From: a virus
Taxonomy: Duplodnaviria > Caudoviricetes
Direction: 5' to 3' (one strand)
IMG/VR virus record: IMGVR_UViG_3300028888_000119
Span: 1 to 64,000 of that record
Length of the DNA stretch: 64,000 nt
The translations under genes and the position numbers were made by a program. Below are positions 44,667-54,200 of the stretch, one piece after another (position 1 is the stretch's first letter; each line of letters begins with the position of its first letter). The notes beneath the pieces were generated by a model. That model had not been told where the DNA came from. It saw nothing but the letters and a program-made list of their open reading frames with translations, and made no database searches.

Positions 44667-45049
44667 TTGCCGAAGACTACGTATCATTTGAAACGGCTAA
44701 ACTCCTTAAAGAAAAGGGGTTTGATTGGGAAGTGCATAGAAGCTATCTTGTAAATGACAATGTGTTTATTCCAGGAGACATTAACGATGTTCCATTGAGA
44801 AAAGATGCAATTCGAATTCCAACACTCCAAATGGCAATGAAATGGTTGAGAGAAAACTTTAATATGAACCCGGTTCCTTATGCTCTATCCATTGGATGGG
44901 CGTTCGATGTCTTCGATTTGTCGGACAGAGATATTACCGGCTGCAAGAAGCTCTATTCTATGGATTTTCCTACAAAGAACGCTTGCTTTGAAACTTATGA
45001 ACAAGCCTGTGAATCGGCCATTAAGTATTGTTTAGAAAATTTAATTTAG
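44663..45049 (+). CDS. Hypothetical protein
   Basis: EDYVSFETAKLLKEKGF...PTLQMAMKWLRE...TYEQACE. Confidence 0.8.
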   Translation: MIAEDYVSFETAKLLKEKGFDWEVHRSYLVNDNVFIPGDINDVPLRKDAIRIPTLQMAMKWLRENFNMNPVPYALSIGWAFDVFDLSDRDITGCKKLYSMDFPTKNACFETYEQACESAIKYCLENLI

Positions 45050-45051
45050 AT

Positions 45052-45486
45052 ATGAAAAAGTACATCCTCGAACTAACTGAGAAGCAAGCAAGGGTTCTTT
45101 CATGGGCTTTAGACACTTTCCCAAGGCTGATTCAAGGACAATCTTTCGCGTATCAAGACCTCTTTGAAACTGCTTGGGAAAAGAGATGTAAGAAAGCCAC
45201 CGGAAATATGATGGATGAGGAGTTTGAAGGTGGCTGGTGGAAAATGCGAGAAGATGCAGAGGCTTTATGCAAGGAAATCAAGAGAAGATTCTGGAAACTG
45301 CCATATATTTCAGAAAACGGTCTGCACTACGATGATACCGCAGATATTCTGTGGGACATTCATCAGGTAATTCGCCATGAGCTTTGGAAAAACAATCCAG
45401 AACATACACCACTTACAGTAGATGCTTCCCCAGCTATGCAGGTAGGAAGTGAGCCATTGGCGAAGATACACACAAAGGAGGATTGA
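45052..45486 (+). CDS. Hypothetical protein
   Basis: Start refined to MKKYILEL. Confidence 0.7.
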   Translation: MKKYILELTEKQARVLSWALDTFPRLIQGQSFAYQDLFETAWEKRCKKATGNMMDEEFEGGWWKMREDAEALCKEIKRRFWKLPYISENGLHYDDTADILWDIHQVIRHELWKNNPEHTPLTVDASPAMQVGSEPLAKIHTKED

Positions 45487-45488
45487 CT

Positions 45489-45647
45489 ATGAATACAAAA
45501 CAGGCTATTGCAATACTTAAACAGCAAAGGGACTTCTGGTCTTATGATCTTCCAGATGGTATTGACAAACAAACACCCGCAGTTCTTCGGAGAGACCTTG
45601 TTGACGCAATGGATTTAGCAATTAGCATTATGAAAAAGGAGGGCTGA
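45489..45647 (+). CDS. Small hypothetical protein
   Basis: Manual translation MNTKQAIAILKQ..., 52 aa. Confidence 0.5.
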   Translation: MNTKQAIAILKQQRDFWSYDLPDGIDKQTPAVLRRDLVDAMDLAISIMKKEG

Positions 45648-45649
45648 TA

Positions 45650-45904
45650 ATGTATTGCTATTTGAAAAGCGGTGTCCGAAATGTACCTCACATGGTAGAG
45701 ATACCGGACGGGACAAAGGAGATTGCCGGGGTAATCATCTCCGGAGATGAAATCCTTGTCTACCCTTGTTTTTGCGATCCGGAATATGTAAACAGGATAT
45801 ATGATTTCTTTGATGGGGCATTTTGTCGGGTGTGGAAGAACGGTGAGTGGGTTGACAAGGATGACTACATGGAAATAGGAACAATGGAGGCTGATGATGA
45901 GTAA
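45650..45904 (+). CDS. Hypothetical protein
   Basis: 84 aa. Confidence 0.65.
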   Translation: MYCYLKSGVRNVPHMVEIPDGTKEIAGVIISGDEILVYPCFCDPEYVNRIYDFFDGAFCRVWKNGEWVDKDDYMEIGTMEADDE

Positions 45905-46049
45905 TCTTCAAAATTATCCCAACGAATCAGCAGCAGAAGCCCTAATGCATGAAAAGCATACTCTGAGGGAATGGATGATACTGTGTCTGCAACATCCAGA
46001 ATTAATGGAGGAATTTGATAAACTTGTAAAACCAGAACCTATTAAATAA
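45894..46049 (+). CDS. Small hypothetical protein
   Basis: Manual translation MMSNLQNYPNE..., 51 aa. Confidence 0.4.
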   Translation: MMSNLQNYPNESAAEALMHEKHTLREWMILCLQHPELMEEFDKLVKPEPIK

Positions 46050-46345
46050 TGAAACGTGCAGAGCAAAAATCCATTGAATGGCAAATAGCACATCACCCGA
46101 TGGCTATTGGTGGAGATGATTTCACTGATTTAGTTGAATACGTCAATATCAACCCAGCCTATGTTGCTGGCTATGAACAGGCTGAAAAAGATCTCGCACT
46201 GACCTGGGAGGATATCGCAAAGATAGATTCGCTTATCCTCGAAACGAATAATGAATTTGCGGTCGATTATCAAAAAGAAATCTCCAGACGGCAGTTCTAC
46301 GAAGCTGTGCTACAGAAGTATCTTCATCTAAACAACAGGGTTTAA
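46049..46345 (+). CDS. Hypothetical protein
   Basis: GYEQAEKDLALTWEDI module. Confidence 0.7.
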   Translation: MKRAEQKSIEWQIAHHPMAIGGDDFTDLVEYVNINPAYVAGYEQAEKDLALTWEDIAKIDSLILETNNEFAVDYQKEISRRQFYEAVLQKYLHLNNRV

Positions 46346-46382
46346 TTCGGCCATTAGTGGGATTAAGATAAATACAAATAAT

Positions 46383-46805
46383 ATGGAGAACAAGCAAGAA
46401 GACAAGTTTTTAAGGCAAGCGGATGTTGAAACGAGCACATTGTATATAATGTCGATTGCAATGGATCTAATTATGCGTGATTGTGCATGGCGTATGTCAC
46501 AAAAAAACGCATCTTGGAAACATGAAAAAAAGCAGAAATTTTCAAGGTATATTGAATCGGTGCGCCGTGCCTGCCAAATCAACGATGAAATCACCCAAGA
46601 CATATACGATTCGGATAAAAAGAATAATTACAAAAACGTGGATTTGTGGTTGAAGGACGGCAATGAATTGGCGAGACTAATTCTTTTATTCGCAGACAGA
46701 TCAACTAATACTGGTGTCGTTCGAAATGTGTTTTTGGGGTTGGAGTCGTCAAATGGGGAAGGTATCATAGATGATGAACTATTGAAAAAATTCTATCTTA
46801 AATAA
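46383..46805 (+). CDS. Hypothetical helical protein
   Basis: 140 aa, last plus-strand gene. Confidence 0.75.
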   Translation: MENKQEDKFLRQADVETSTLYIMSIAMDLIMRDCAWRMSQKNASWKHEKKQKFSRYIESVRRACQINDEITQDIYDSDKKNNYKNVDLWLKDGNELARLILLFADRSTNTGVVRNVFLGLESSNGEGIIDDELLKKFYLK

Positions 46806-46843
46806 AAAGGTCCGACGGGAACCGCAAAACCCATCGGACCTTA
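46804..46843. terminator. Terminator between convergent operons
   Basis: AAAAAGGTCCGA-CGGG...CCCA-TCGGACCTT. Confidence 0.65.
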
Positions 46844-46863
46844 CCGACCGAAAGAAACTTGCC

Positions 46864-47268
46864 TCAATCGTGTCGGCAATGCGGACAAGACAGCTCGCAC
46901 ACAATATCCGAAATCGTACTGGTGATGTCACCAGTTAAATATGCAAATTTTTCCGACAACGGGTCAATCCCATCCTCTCCGGCGACATGCTGTGCAATAT
47001 GTGTAATTTCGTGCGCGGTACTGTTCAAGAACTCCGGCCCAGTGCTTGTCATTCCTACTCCAACCACGCTCCGCCTGAGAGAGGGGTTGCTAAAGCAGAA
47101 CCCCTCGTTCAAGCGACCGGCTTGGACATTCCGTTCCACTTGGGAAATGATAGAATTCGGAGCGTCGGCCCAGACAAGGGCTTCGTGGATCCGCTCCATA
47201 TCGTACTGATCGAAAGAGAACAGGAACAGAATGGTCCAATACCGAATATGTACTTTTCGGATGAGCAT
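46864..47268 (-). CDS. HExxH putative zinc metallopeptidase
   Basis: EFLNSTAHEITH...E; start refined to MLIRKV (TAATG overlap). Confidence 0.65.
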   Translation of the reverse strand: MLIRKVHIRYWTILFLFSFDQYDMERIHEALVWADAPNSIISQVERNVQAGRLNEGFCFSNPSLRRSVVGVGMTSTGPEFLNSTAHEITHIAQHVAGEDGIDPLSEKFAYLTGDITSTISDIVCELSCPHCRHD

Positions 47269-47672
47269 TACATGAGGTCTTCCCAAATCAAAGGGATGTC
47301 CAGCGCGAGAGTCTTTGCATAAAGCTCGTCAAACGCCCTCGTCTTGCTTCCGTCCTTATCGTCGCAATAGTCCATGACAAACTTGGCCAGGTGAGCCTCG
47401 TCCGTGATGGATGAGCCCATGTAGTCGGCCATACCCATTGCCCAGACATATGGCACATCGTAAGCCTTGTCGTTTTTAACCGTAACGCCGTTCGCTTTCA
47501 GTTTCTCCAGGACGGCATCTTTTTCCATTGTCTTTACCTTTCCGCCATCCCTGGTCTCCATCATGCCGACAGCAAGCTCATAGAGCGGCTTGCTGATATG
47601 CCGGCCATAATAAGACATATATTCCCTCATGCCGCGAGGGACCACCTCGTATGCGTCGATTCTTTCTGCCAT
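47268..47672 (-). CDS. Conserved-looking helical hypothetical protein (module gene 5)
   Basis: 134 aa, MREYMSYYGRH...YDVPYVWAMGMADY. Confidence 0.75.
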   Translation of the reverse strand: MAERIDAYEVVPRGMREYMSYYGRHISKPLYELAVGMMETRDGGKVKTMEKDAVLEKLKANGVTVKNDKAYDVPYVWAMGMADYMGSSITDEAHLAKFVMDYCDDKDGSKTRAFDELYAKTLALDIPLIWEDLM

Positions 47673-47724
47673 TTCTTTACTTTTTTGTGGAAAATTATTT
47701 CATTTTTACGGCCCAAAATATGTA

Positions 47725-47744
47725 GGGGCGAGTTTCCCCGCCCC
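47725..47744 (-). terminator. GNRA-capped hairpin, possible weak terminator/processing site
   Basis: GGGGCGGG-GAAA-CTCGCCCC. Confidence 0.4.
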
Positions 47745-47753
47745 GGAATGATT

Positions 47754-48074
47754 TTACATGAAACGTCCGCGAGAGTCCCGACGACGGCGCTCGCCCATCA
47801 TCATATCATCGTAGTCCATTTCTTCGCGTTCTCCGTAGCCACCTCGTCCGCCATAGCCGCCGCGCATTCCGTAGCCGCCTCGACTGCCATAACTGGGCCA
47901 GCTCCCGTAAGAACCGCCACGACGTTCACCATACAGGTCCGCCATCTCTTCTGCGAGTTCACAAATGCGCTCCATGCCCTCTTTGGCCATGTCCATTGCG
48001 TCCTCGAATTCTCGCATATCGGAAGACTTCCTGCCGTAGCTACCGCCTCTAAGGTTGTATACTGCGTATCCCAT
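47754..48074 (-). CDS. Low-complexity RGG/YG-rich protein (module gene 4)
   Basis: GGSYGSWPSYGSRGGYGMRGGYGGRGGYG; C-terminal RRRRDSRGRFM. Confidence 0.8.
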   Translation of the reverse strand: MGYAVYNLRGGSYGRKSSDMREFEDAMDMAKEGMERICELAEEMADLYGERRGGSYGSWPSYGSRGGYGMRGGYGGRGGYGEREEMDYDDMMMGERRRRDSRGRFM

Positions 48075-48076
48075 TT

Positions 48077-48586
48077 TTATTCCTCCTTTTTCTTGCCCAG
48101 CGACTTAGAGAGCATTCCCGTTAGTGCTGCGATCTGCTCGCTCATGCCTGAAAGTTGCTCCTTTAGATTGGCTATCTCCTGCGCCTGCTCCTGCTCCTTT
48201 TTAAGTTGTGGATTTAGGTCGAAGAGAAGTTTATCGCAGGATGCAATCACATTTTTGTGCATATCTACTTGCTGGAGCGCCGTAACGCTCGCGCTTTTGA
48301 TCGCATTAACTTCGTTGATAATCCCGTCTCTCGTCTCGCTGATGAGCACACCCTTGTCGGGAAACTCTGCTATCGATGAATTGAGAGGAATTCTTTCATA
48401 GGTCTCAATCTTTCCGTCTACTTCGATTGCGATGTTTACGGCTAAATTGTTCCCTGGTACCAGCGGTTGCTGATATCCGAGGTTTGGATATTGGTTGCTC
48501 ACTTGAGAAACCTTTGCGACCGCGAATCGCGGTTCGTTCTTGTAAAGAACATAAACGGGCGTTCCGGCCCTAAGTGCACTGAGCAT
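48077..48586 (-). CDS. Beta-domain plus coiled-coil protein (module gene 3)
   Basis: 169 aa; EQEQAQEIANLKEQLSGMSEQIAAL heptads. Confidence 0.8.
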   Translation of the reverse strand: MLSALRAGTPVYVLYKNEPRFAVAKVSQVSNQYPNLGYQQPLVPGNNLAVNIAIEVDGKIETYERIPLNSSIAEFPDKGVLISETRDGIINEVNAIKSASVTALQQVDMHKNVIASCDKLLFDLNPQLKKEQEQAQEIANLKEQLSGMSEQIAALTGMLSKSLGKKKEE

Positions 48587-48612
48587 AATTTGTAATTTTG
48601 AATAATTCTAAT

Positions 48613-48945
48613 TTAGACGATTGGTGAAGTCGCCTGCAAAATTCCGTTATACCAGTCATAGAAGACTGTGATAATGCCGGTACCGGTAAGGTCTGCGGCA
48701 GTGACGGCTACGCCTCCGAATGTGGTCAGTGCCCTTGTTTGTCCGTTGAGTGTAAGCCGGACTGGCAAAGTACCTGTTGTTCCAGTAGGGATTGCGTCAG
48801 CAATGTTGATCGTCAAGTACCCGACGGGTGGAATTCTCCGGAAACCGAGAGAAAAATCCACGGACTCAGTACCGACCGTAACACTGTTTGTGCGTAGGTA
48901 AGGAATCCCAGAGGCGTTTGTAGTAATATTAACGCATCCGAACAT
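48613..48945 (-). CDS. Small beta-rich protein (module gene 2)
   Basis: 110 aa Thr/Gly/Val-rich. Confidence 0.8.
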   Translation of the reverse strand: MFGCVNITTNASGIPYLRTNSVTVGTESVDFSLGFRRIPPVGYLTINIADAIPTGTTGTLPVRLTLNGQTRALTTFGGVAVTAADLTGTGIITVFYDWYNGILQATSPIV

Positions 48946-48957
48946 AACCTTGCCCTC

Positions 48958-49893
48958 CTAGAATACTACACCGTTACCGAATCCGCCCCAGCCCGGGCCA
49001 TAGTAACCGCCGCCGAAGCCGCCCTGGTAATAACCGCCGCTCACATATGGAGTAGCATTCACCGCGACAAGATTCGGGTACTGTACAGTTGCCGTAGAAG
49101 GGAGTTTGCATTTGATGTCGTCAACCTCACGTGCAAGAGGAGCGATCATGCCGGCGATTGCGTTGGTCTGGCGAGCGTTGTCAGCCTCGTTACGCAGCTG
49201 GGTAATAATGTCGCCCTGGCGGGTGATAGTCTGCTGCATGTCGCGTTTCTCGGCGGCACAGAACTGGTCAATCATCGTGGACTTGAGGTCTGCGATGGCA
49301 CCGGCAAGAGTCTCGGTCTGACGGAGGGTTGCGAGCTGGTTCTCGTAGCCCTGGGAGGTGACGAGCTGCTTCATTTCGCAACAGCACGAACATAAGTTTG
49401 CAGCGAGGCTAGCGTCACCGGCCTGGATTGCGTTGATGATCTGCTGTGCGGAGAGGCCGGTCTGGCCAGTCAAAGCAGTGAGTCCGTTCTGCAGGGTTGC
49501 GAGGTTGGTCTTCACGGTATTGACATCGCTGTTGAGGGTTGTGGCCAGGAGGCGCACGTCGCTGTCAGTTCCGTCGATAGCGCGAAGGATAGTGTCGGTG
49601 TTGCCGATTGCTGTTGCCTGAGCGCCAAGGGAAGCCGCAGCAGCGCCGCCGCCATTACCCCAGCTATTCATGCCCCAGTTTCCGAATCCGACGCCGTTCC
49701 AGATGAGCCCTCCGAGGAGACCACCAAGGATACCGGCTCCAAAGCCAGATCCGCCGAAAAGACCACCGCCGTAAGGGTAGCCATTATTCCAGCCAAGGCC
49801 ATTTCCGTTCAGAGCCAGGGCCAGAGGAATCCCACTGTTCCAACCACTCGACTGGTTGTCCGGCAGGATTATCGTTTTACTTTCATCAGCCAT
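48958..49893 (-). CDS. Gly-rich / coiled-coil / CSCCC protein (module gene 1)
   Basis: N-terminal Gly-zipper hydrophobic segment, long heptad region, LCSCCC, Gly/Tyr-rich C-terminus. Confidence 0.85.
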   Translation of the reverse strand: MADESKTIILPDNQSSGWNSGIPLALALNGNGLGWNNGYPYGGGLFGGSGFGAGILGGLLGGLIWNGVGFGNWGMNSWGNGGGAAAASLGAQATAIGNTDTILRAIDGTDSDVRLLATTLNSDVNTVKTNLATLQNGLTALTGQTGLSAQQIINAIQAGDASLAANLCSCCCEMKQLVTSQGYENQLATLRQTETLAGAIADLKSTMIDQFCAAEKRDMQQTITRQGDIITQLRNEADNARQTNAIAGMIAPLAREVDDIKCKLPSTATVQYPNLVAVNATPYVSGGYYQGGFGGGYYGPGWGGFGNGVVF

Positions 49894-49925
49894 GATAAAT
49901 AACTTTAAGGTTAAACTTATAGGTT

Positions 49926-49956
49926 CGATAAGCGCTTTATCGTTACCGCAAAGTTA
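49926..49956 (-). promoter_or_regulatory. Promoter -7 box and palindrome upstream of module
   Basis: TAACTTTG (49956-49949); CGATAA-N5-TTATCG at 49926-49942 just after predicted start site; no clear -33 box. Confidence 0.55.
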
Positions 49957-50037
49957 ATTAAAGCAAACCCGCACCGGCAGTCTGCTACAACCTTTAGTTA
50001 TTTATCTGATTTTAAGGTGATTAGGTTTAACTGGAAA

Positions 50038-50328
50038 TTATTTTTGACCTTTCTTCCTCCACTTGTCCGGAATAATTTTCGCGAAACGATGGAATGGATA
50101 TAGTACTTTCCTTTGCGGCTTTGCAATAAGCTTCCTGCAAATAGTCGCCCTTACATTTGATTCTGAGACATCATAGAACTTAGCAAAGTCGTCTATCGTG
50201 CCATGCACTTCCATGTTATTTTCCAAAGCCTTTAGAGCATCATTCATTTCGCTCATCTCGCAAAGATTGTTGTCTACCTTGTACTTGTAGTATCCGAGGA
50301 TTTCGGACAGTAATTTATTTCCTTCCAT
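50038..50328 (-). CDS. Putative HTH DNA-binding protein
   Basis: TIDDFAKFYDVSESNVRATICRK. Confidence 0.6.
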   Translation of the reverse strand: MEGNKLLSEILGYYKYKVDNNLCEMSEMNDALKALENNMEVHGTIDDFAKFYDVSESNVRATICRKLIAKPQRKVLYPFHRFAKIIPDKWRKKGQK

Positions 50329-50731
50329 TTGAGAAAAATACCTTGTAAGCTGAGAATAAAAGAAGAACGGACATTATAACTGTCAAGGAATTCGTGATAT
50401 AAGCTTCTGTTTGTGACAGCTCAATAATATAATAATCAAAAAGAGATACAATAAGAGGGAATAATGGCAAAACACAAGCCATACGATGCCATTTACATAA
50501 GTGAAGGATCTTGGAATATACCAGATGCGTCACGACTATTATCGGAGAAATATAGAATAACGTGTCGCATACTTTCATACATGACTCAGACATCGCAGAA
50601 TACATGGCGAAATCCAAGATGTACAATGAGGCATAAACGAACGGAACAATTTGTACCGATAGCGTTATAGACCTAAGCGTCTTTATTAAGCGCTTGATTC
50701 TACCGATATCTAATTCTTGGCCTTCCACCAC
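50315..50731 (-). CDS. Multi-pass membrane protein
   Basis: 138 aa, about four hydrophobic segments; GTG start. Confidence 0.7.
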   Translation of the reverse strand: MVEGQELDIGRIKRLIKTLRSITLSVQIVPFVYASLYILDFAMYSAMSESCMKVCDTLFYISPIIVVTHLVYSKILHLCKWHRMACVLPLFPLIVSLFDYYIIELSQTEAYITNSLTVIMSVLLLFSAYKVFFSNGRK

Positions 50732-50888
50732 TTGTCATTTTTACATTTACAAGCACTTGTGCCTTGGTTTGGTACATCCGTTCACCACTAGGATGCTGTG
50801 TGCGCACAACTGCAACCGGCACTCTTGCAATAAGTGTACCGGAATTACCGGATTTTTTCGGTTTAACAGTGACTTTTATTTTTCCCAT
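50700..50888 (-). CDS. Small basic protein
   Basis: 62 aa, in operon. Confidence 0.5.
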   Translation of the reverse strand: MGKIKVTVKPKKSGNSGTLIARVPVAVVRTQHPSGERMYQTKAQVLVNVKMTSGGRPRIRYR

Positions 50889-51280
50889 TTCCTTTTTACT
50901 CGTCCAAGTTTATCCGCCCACCTTTCCCACGGCTGGGTGTAATACCACCTGCACGATTTCTCATACGGCCAGTGCTTGTGGGCTATGGAGTCATAGATGT
51001 TGCCGCAAAGAGAGGGAAGTCCGATGACAAATAGGTATAACGGCCCGAGATACCTGGACTGTATCGTATGGCCGTATTCGTGGCGCATTCCGTCCTCTTT
51101 GTCTTCACGATGCATGATGATGTAGTCGCCGAGCGAGATTCCGCTACGCATCTCGCTAGTGTAGTAGAAGGTTCTCCCATTAAGTCGATGATACTCCTTC
51201 TCCCTCTTGTAAATTAGAAGGAGAAGGAGACCAAGGAGATTTTGCGGCAACTGCCATATGTAGAGTAGAACACGGAGCAT
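50876..51280 (-). CDS. Membrane-associated HExxH protein
   Basis: YIWQLPQNLLGLLLLL...GISLG...RHEYGHTIQSRYLGPLYL...WERWADKLG. Confidence 0.75.
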   Translation of the reverse strand: MLRVLLYIWQLPQNLLGLLLLLIYKREKEYHRLNGRTFYYTSEMRSGISLGDYIIMHREDKEDGMRHEYGHTIQSRYLGPLYLFVIGLPSLCGNIYDSIAHKHWPYEKSCRWYYTQPWERWADKLGRVKRKWEK

Positions 51281-54200
51281 TAGGCGGTAGGGATTGTTCC
51301 GTCAGGGTTTAGTTCATAAATGATAGATGCATATGGAGAAAACCTTGTTTTATACGCATTTAGTATCGTTTGATCCGATGAATACGGAACATATATTTTA
51401 AAGCCAGCCGCGACACGAGCGAATGTGTTTACATTAATAACCCCACTTGCTGGAGGGGTTTGTCCCATGAATACGGCTGTTTTTAGAGAAGAACAATCAA
51501 GGCATACTCCGCCATGGAAATAAGTCAACTCGCCCTCGAAAACGATTTTTGTAATTTTTGAACATCCTTCAAATGTTGCATTAAACGACGTAACACCATA
51601 TGGTAATATAATCGTTCCAATTAATCCGCTGCACCCGCGAAATGCATAAGCTCCAATCGACGTGAGAGAAGACGGTAATGTCACGGACGCCAATGATGTA
51701 CAATATTGAAATGCATTCTCTCCGATCGACGTGACAGAGGAAGGAATAGTAACAGAAGTCAAAGCGGAGCACCCCTGGAATGCAGAATTACCGATTGATG
51801 TCACGCTATTAGGGATGGTGACTGATTTCAAGGTATTATTCCTATAAAATGCATTAACATTAACTGCAGTAACCCCGCTCGGAATTACAAGATTTTCAAT
51901 CAATGTTCCGTTCAAATACAGCCCCCTTGTTTCGGCGGTTGAATAATGGAACGGATTAGAACTTGCTGCAAACGATATCCCGCAATAGGCCGCAATGTCT
52001 GTTATGTTAATCTTCTTTATCGCAGTACATCTCTGAAACGCATTTATCTGGACGCTTGTTAACGTAGAAGGAAGTGCCACTTCTTCAAGGGAGGCACAAT
52101 CGAGGAATGGACCAGATCCATTCGTACTGCTTATTGTTGTTATGCTTCCAAGAGACAATACCCGCTTAATTGCCGTATTTGCAAACACCCGTTGCTGCAA
52201 AGTGCCGGTGAGGCTCGGCAAGTTGATGTCTGATGCGAGAGAAGTACAGTTTTGGAACGCAGCAATACCGACGGAGGTCAACCCATCCATGCCTACAACA
52301 GAGTTTAGACTGCTGCATTTGGAGAACGCTTCTTGACCAATGCTTATAACAGATGAGTGAACCGCGACAGAGGTAATCGTGTTGTTTTTATAAAAAGCAA
52401 ATGTTCCAATACTTGTAATACTCTGCGGAATCACAACATCCGTCAAAAGAGAGCCGTTTATATAATACCCTCTTTGGGGAGCATCTGTATCTGTAGAATA
52501 GTAGAATGGGTGCGAAACCCCGCTCGACGAAAAAACCACTCGTAAGATACCTTCTAAACTCGATGCATGAACTTCGGCAACCTTTGTGCAATTACCGCAC
52601 AAATAATTTGTTGACGTAAGATTCTCAAAACCACTAATACGTACAAGATCTGTACAATTATTGAAGACACTTCCCTGGTAAAATCCCGTCAATGTGGCTG
52701 GAAAAGTAATTTCTTTTAAGCTGCTGCAACCATCAAAAGCCCTACCAAGCGTGGTTATCCCAAAATACTTGAGCTCATTAAATGTCTCAATCACGGTATT
52801 ATTATTAAACCAGCTATTGTTAAAACTTGTAACCCCTGCTGCATCGCTCATCGTAATACCACTACCATCACCGATGCCATTGGCAAGGAGTACCCGAAGG
52901 ACCTCGTCATCAGCGAACCGTATATAGACTCTTGCAGGGTCATAGATGACGTAGAGCGTGCCGAAGACCGAGCAGAGTGCGCGCTTGAGCCCTTCTCCGT
53001 AATCTTCCGTCCTGGTTACACCCAAGGTATCCAGCTCATCCGTATAAATACCGCCGGTCATTTGCATCGTGCCCTCAATGACCGGATTCCCTTCGATATT
53101 GCCTTGGGCATTGATTCCGCGGTAGTTGATTTCCGTTTCGTCGTCCTTCTTCAGACCCTGTGCGATGTTCGACAGCATATGAACATCATCCGTGGTTGCC
53201 GGTGCGATATCATTCCAGATGAGACGGATGTACTGCAGAATTGCATCATCAGAGTTGTAGCACTCAGACAGCATGTCGAATGCATCTTGATTGACGCAGT
53301 TCTCGACTTGCAATGTTCTGATTCCAGCCATGTCGGAAGGCATCACAAGATCGGTGAGGAACTTAAGGTTCTTTAGCTGGATGTTGTTCGTGTTTTCTGA
53401 CAAGTGTAGCGACTCAATCTTAGAGCCATTGGGCAGCACGACTTGGGTGATGCCCGTTCCTTCGAAGTACGCCCTTAGAAGCCTCGTACATACAGACAAG
53501 TCGATAGAGCTGGTAAGGGAAGATGCATTTCTTGCGTCTATTTCTTCCAAGCACTTCGTGTTGTTGAAGGACAGTGAAGGAACGTTCGTTGTCACGTTTG
53601 CTGCGGTCTCATCACCAATCTTGAAAGTGCGGAGTTTTTCTCCGACGATATCAATGTTATCTGTGTACTGTGCAGCGAGGACAAGGTTCTTCCAGTCTCC
53701 GAGGCTCTGCAGGTAGTTCGTCGCTTGGATATATAGGTTCGTCTGACCAAGATTACCGAACGGTCCGGTGAACGTATAGGACTGCCCTGCCTGTGTTCTT
53801 GCCGTGGTTTCCGGGGACCCCTGGCCCTGCTCGATGGCAGGATACATCCACATCATAGGTGTCACGGTGAGCGAAGCGAGGCTCTGCGGACGGAAGGTGA
53901 TCTGCCCAAGAGATGTATCGGAATACTGTGCAAACGGACCGACCTTGAACAGTGACATCACGTAGATCGCCCGACGGGTGCACCAGAGTTTCTCCGCCTC
54001 GAAGTGATTACCGAGCGACTGCGAGAGAGGATCGACAGCCTGCCCGTTGGTCAGCCATGCGGTCTCGTATTTCCACGATGAATCCACGTTGTACGCGGAC
54101 GGTGGAAAGTAGTTCTGGGCATTGTCCCAGAAGTATTTCTTGAAGAAGTTCACAACCCCTGCAAACGGGTTCGCACCGCCACCAAGAGAAGCCATTGCCC

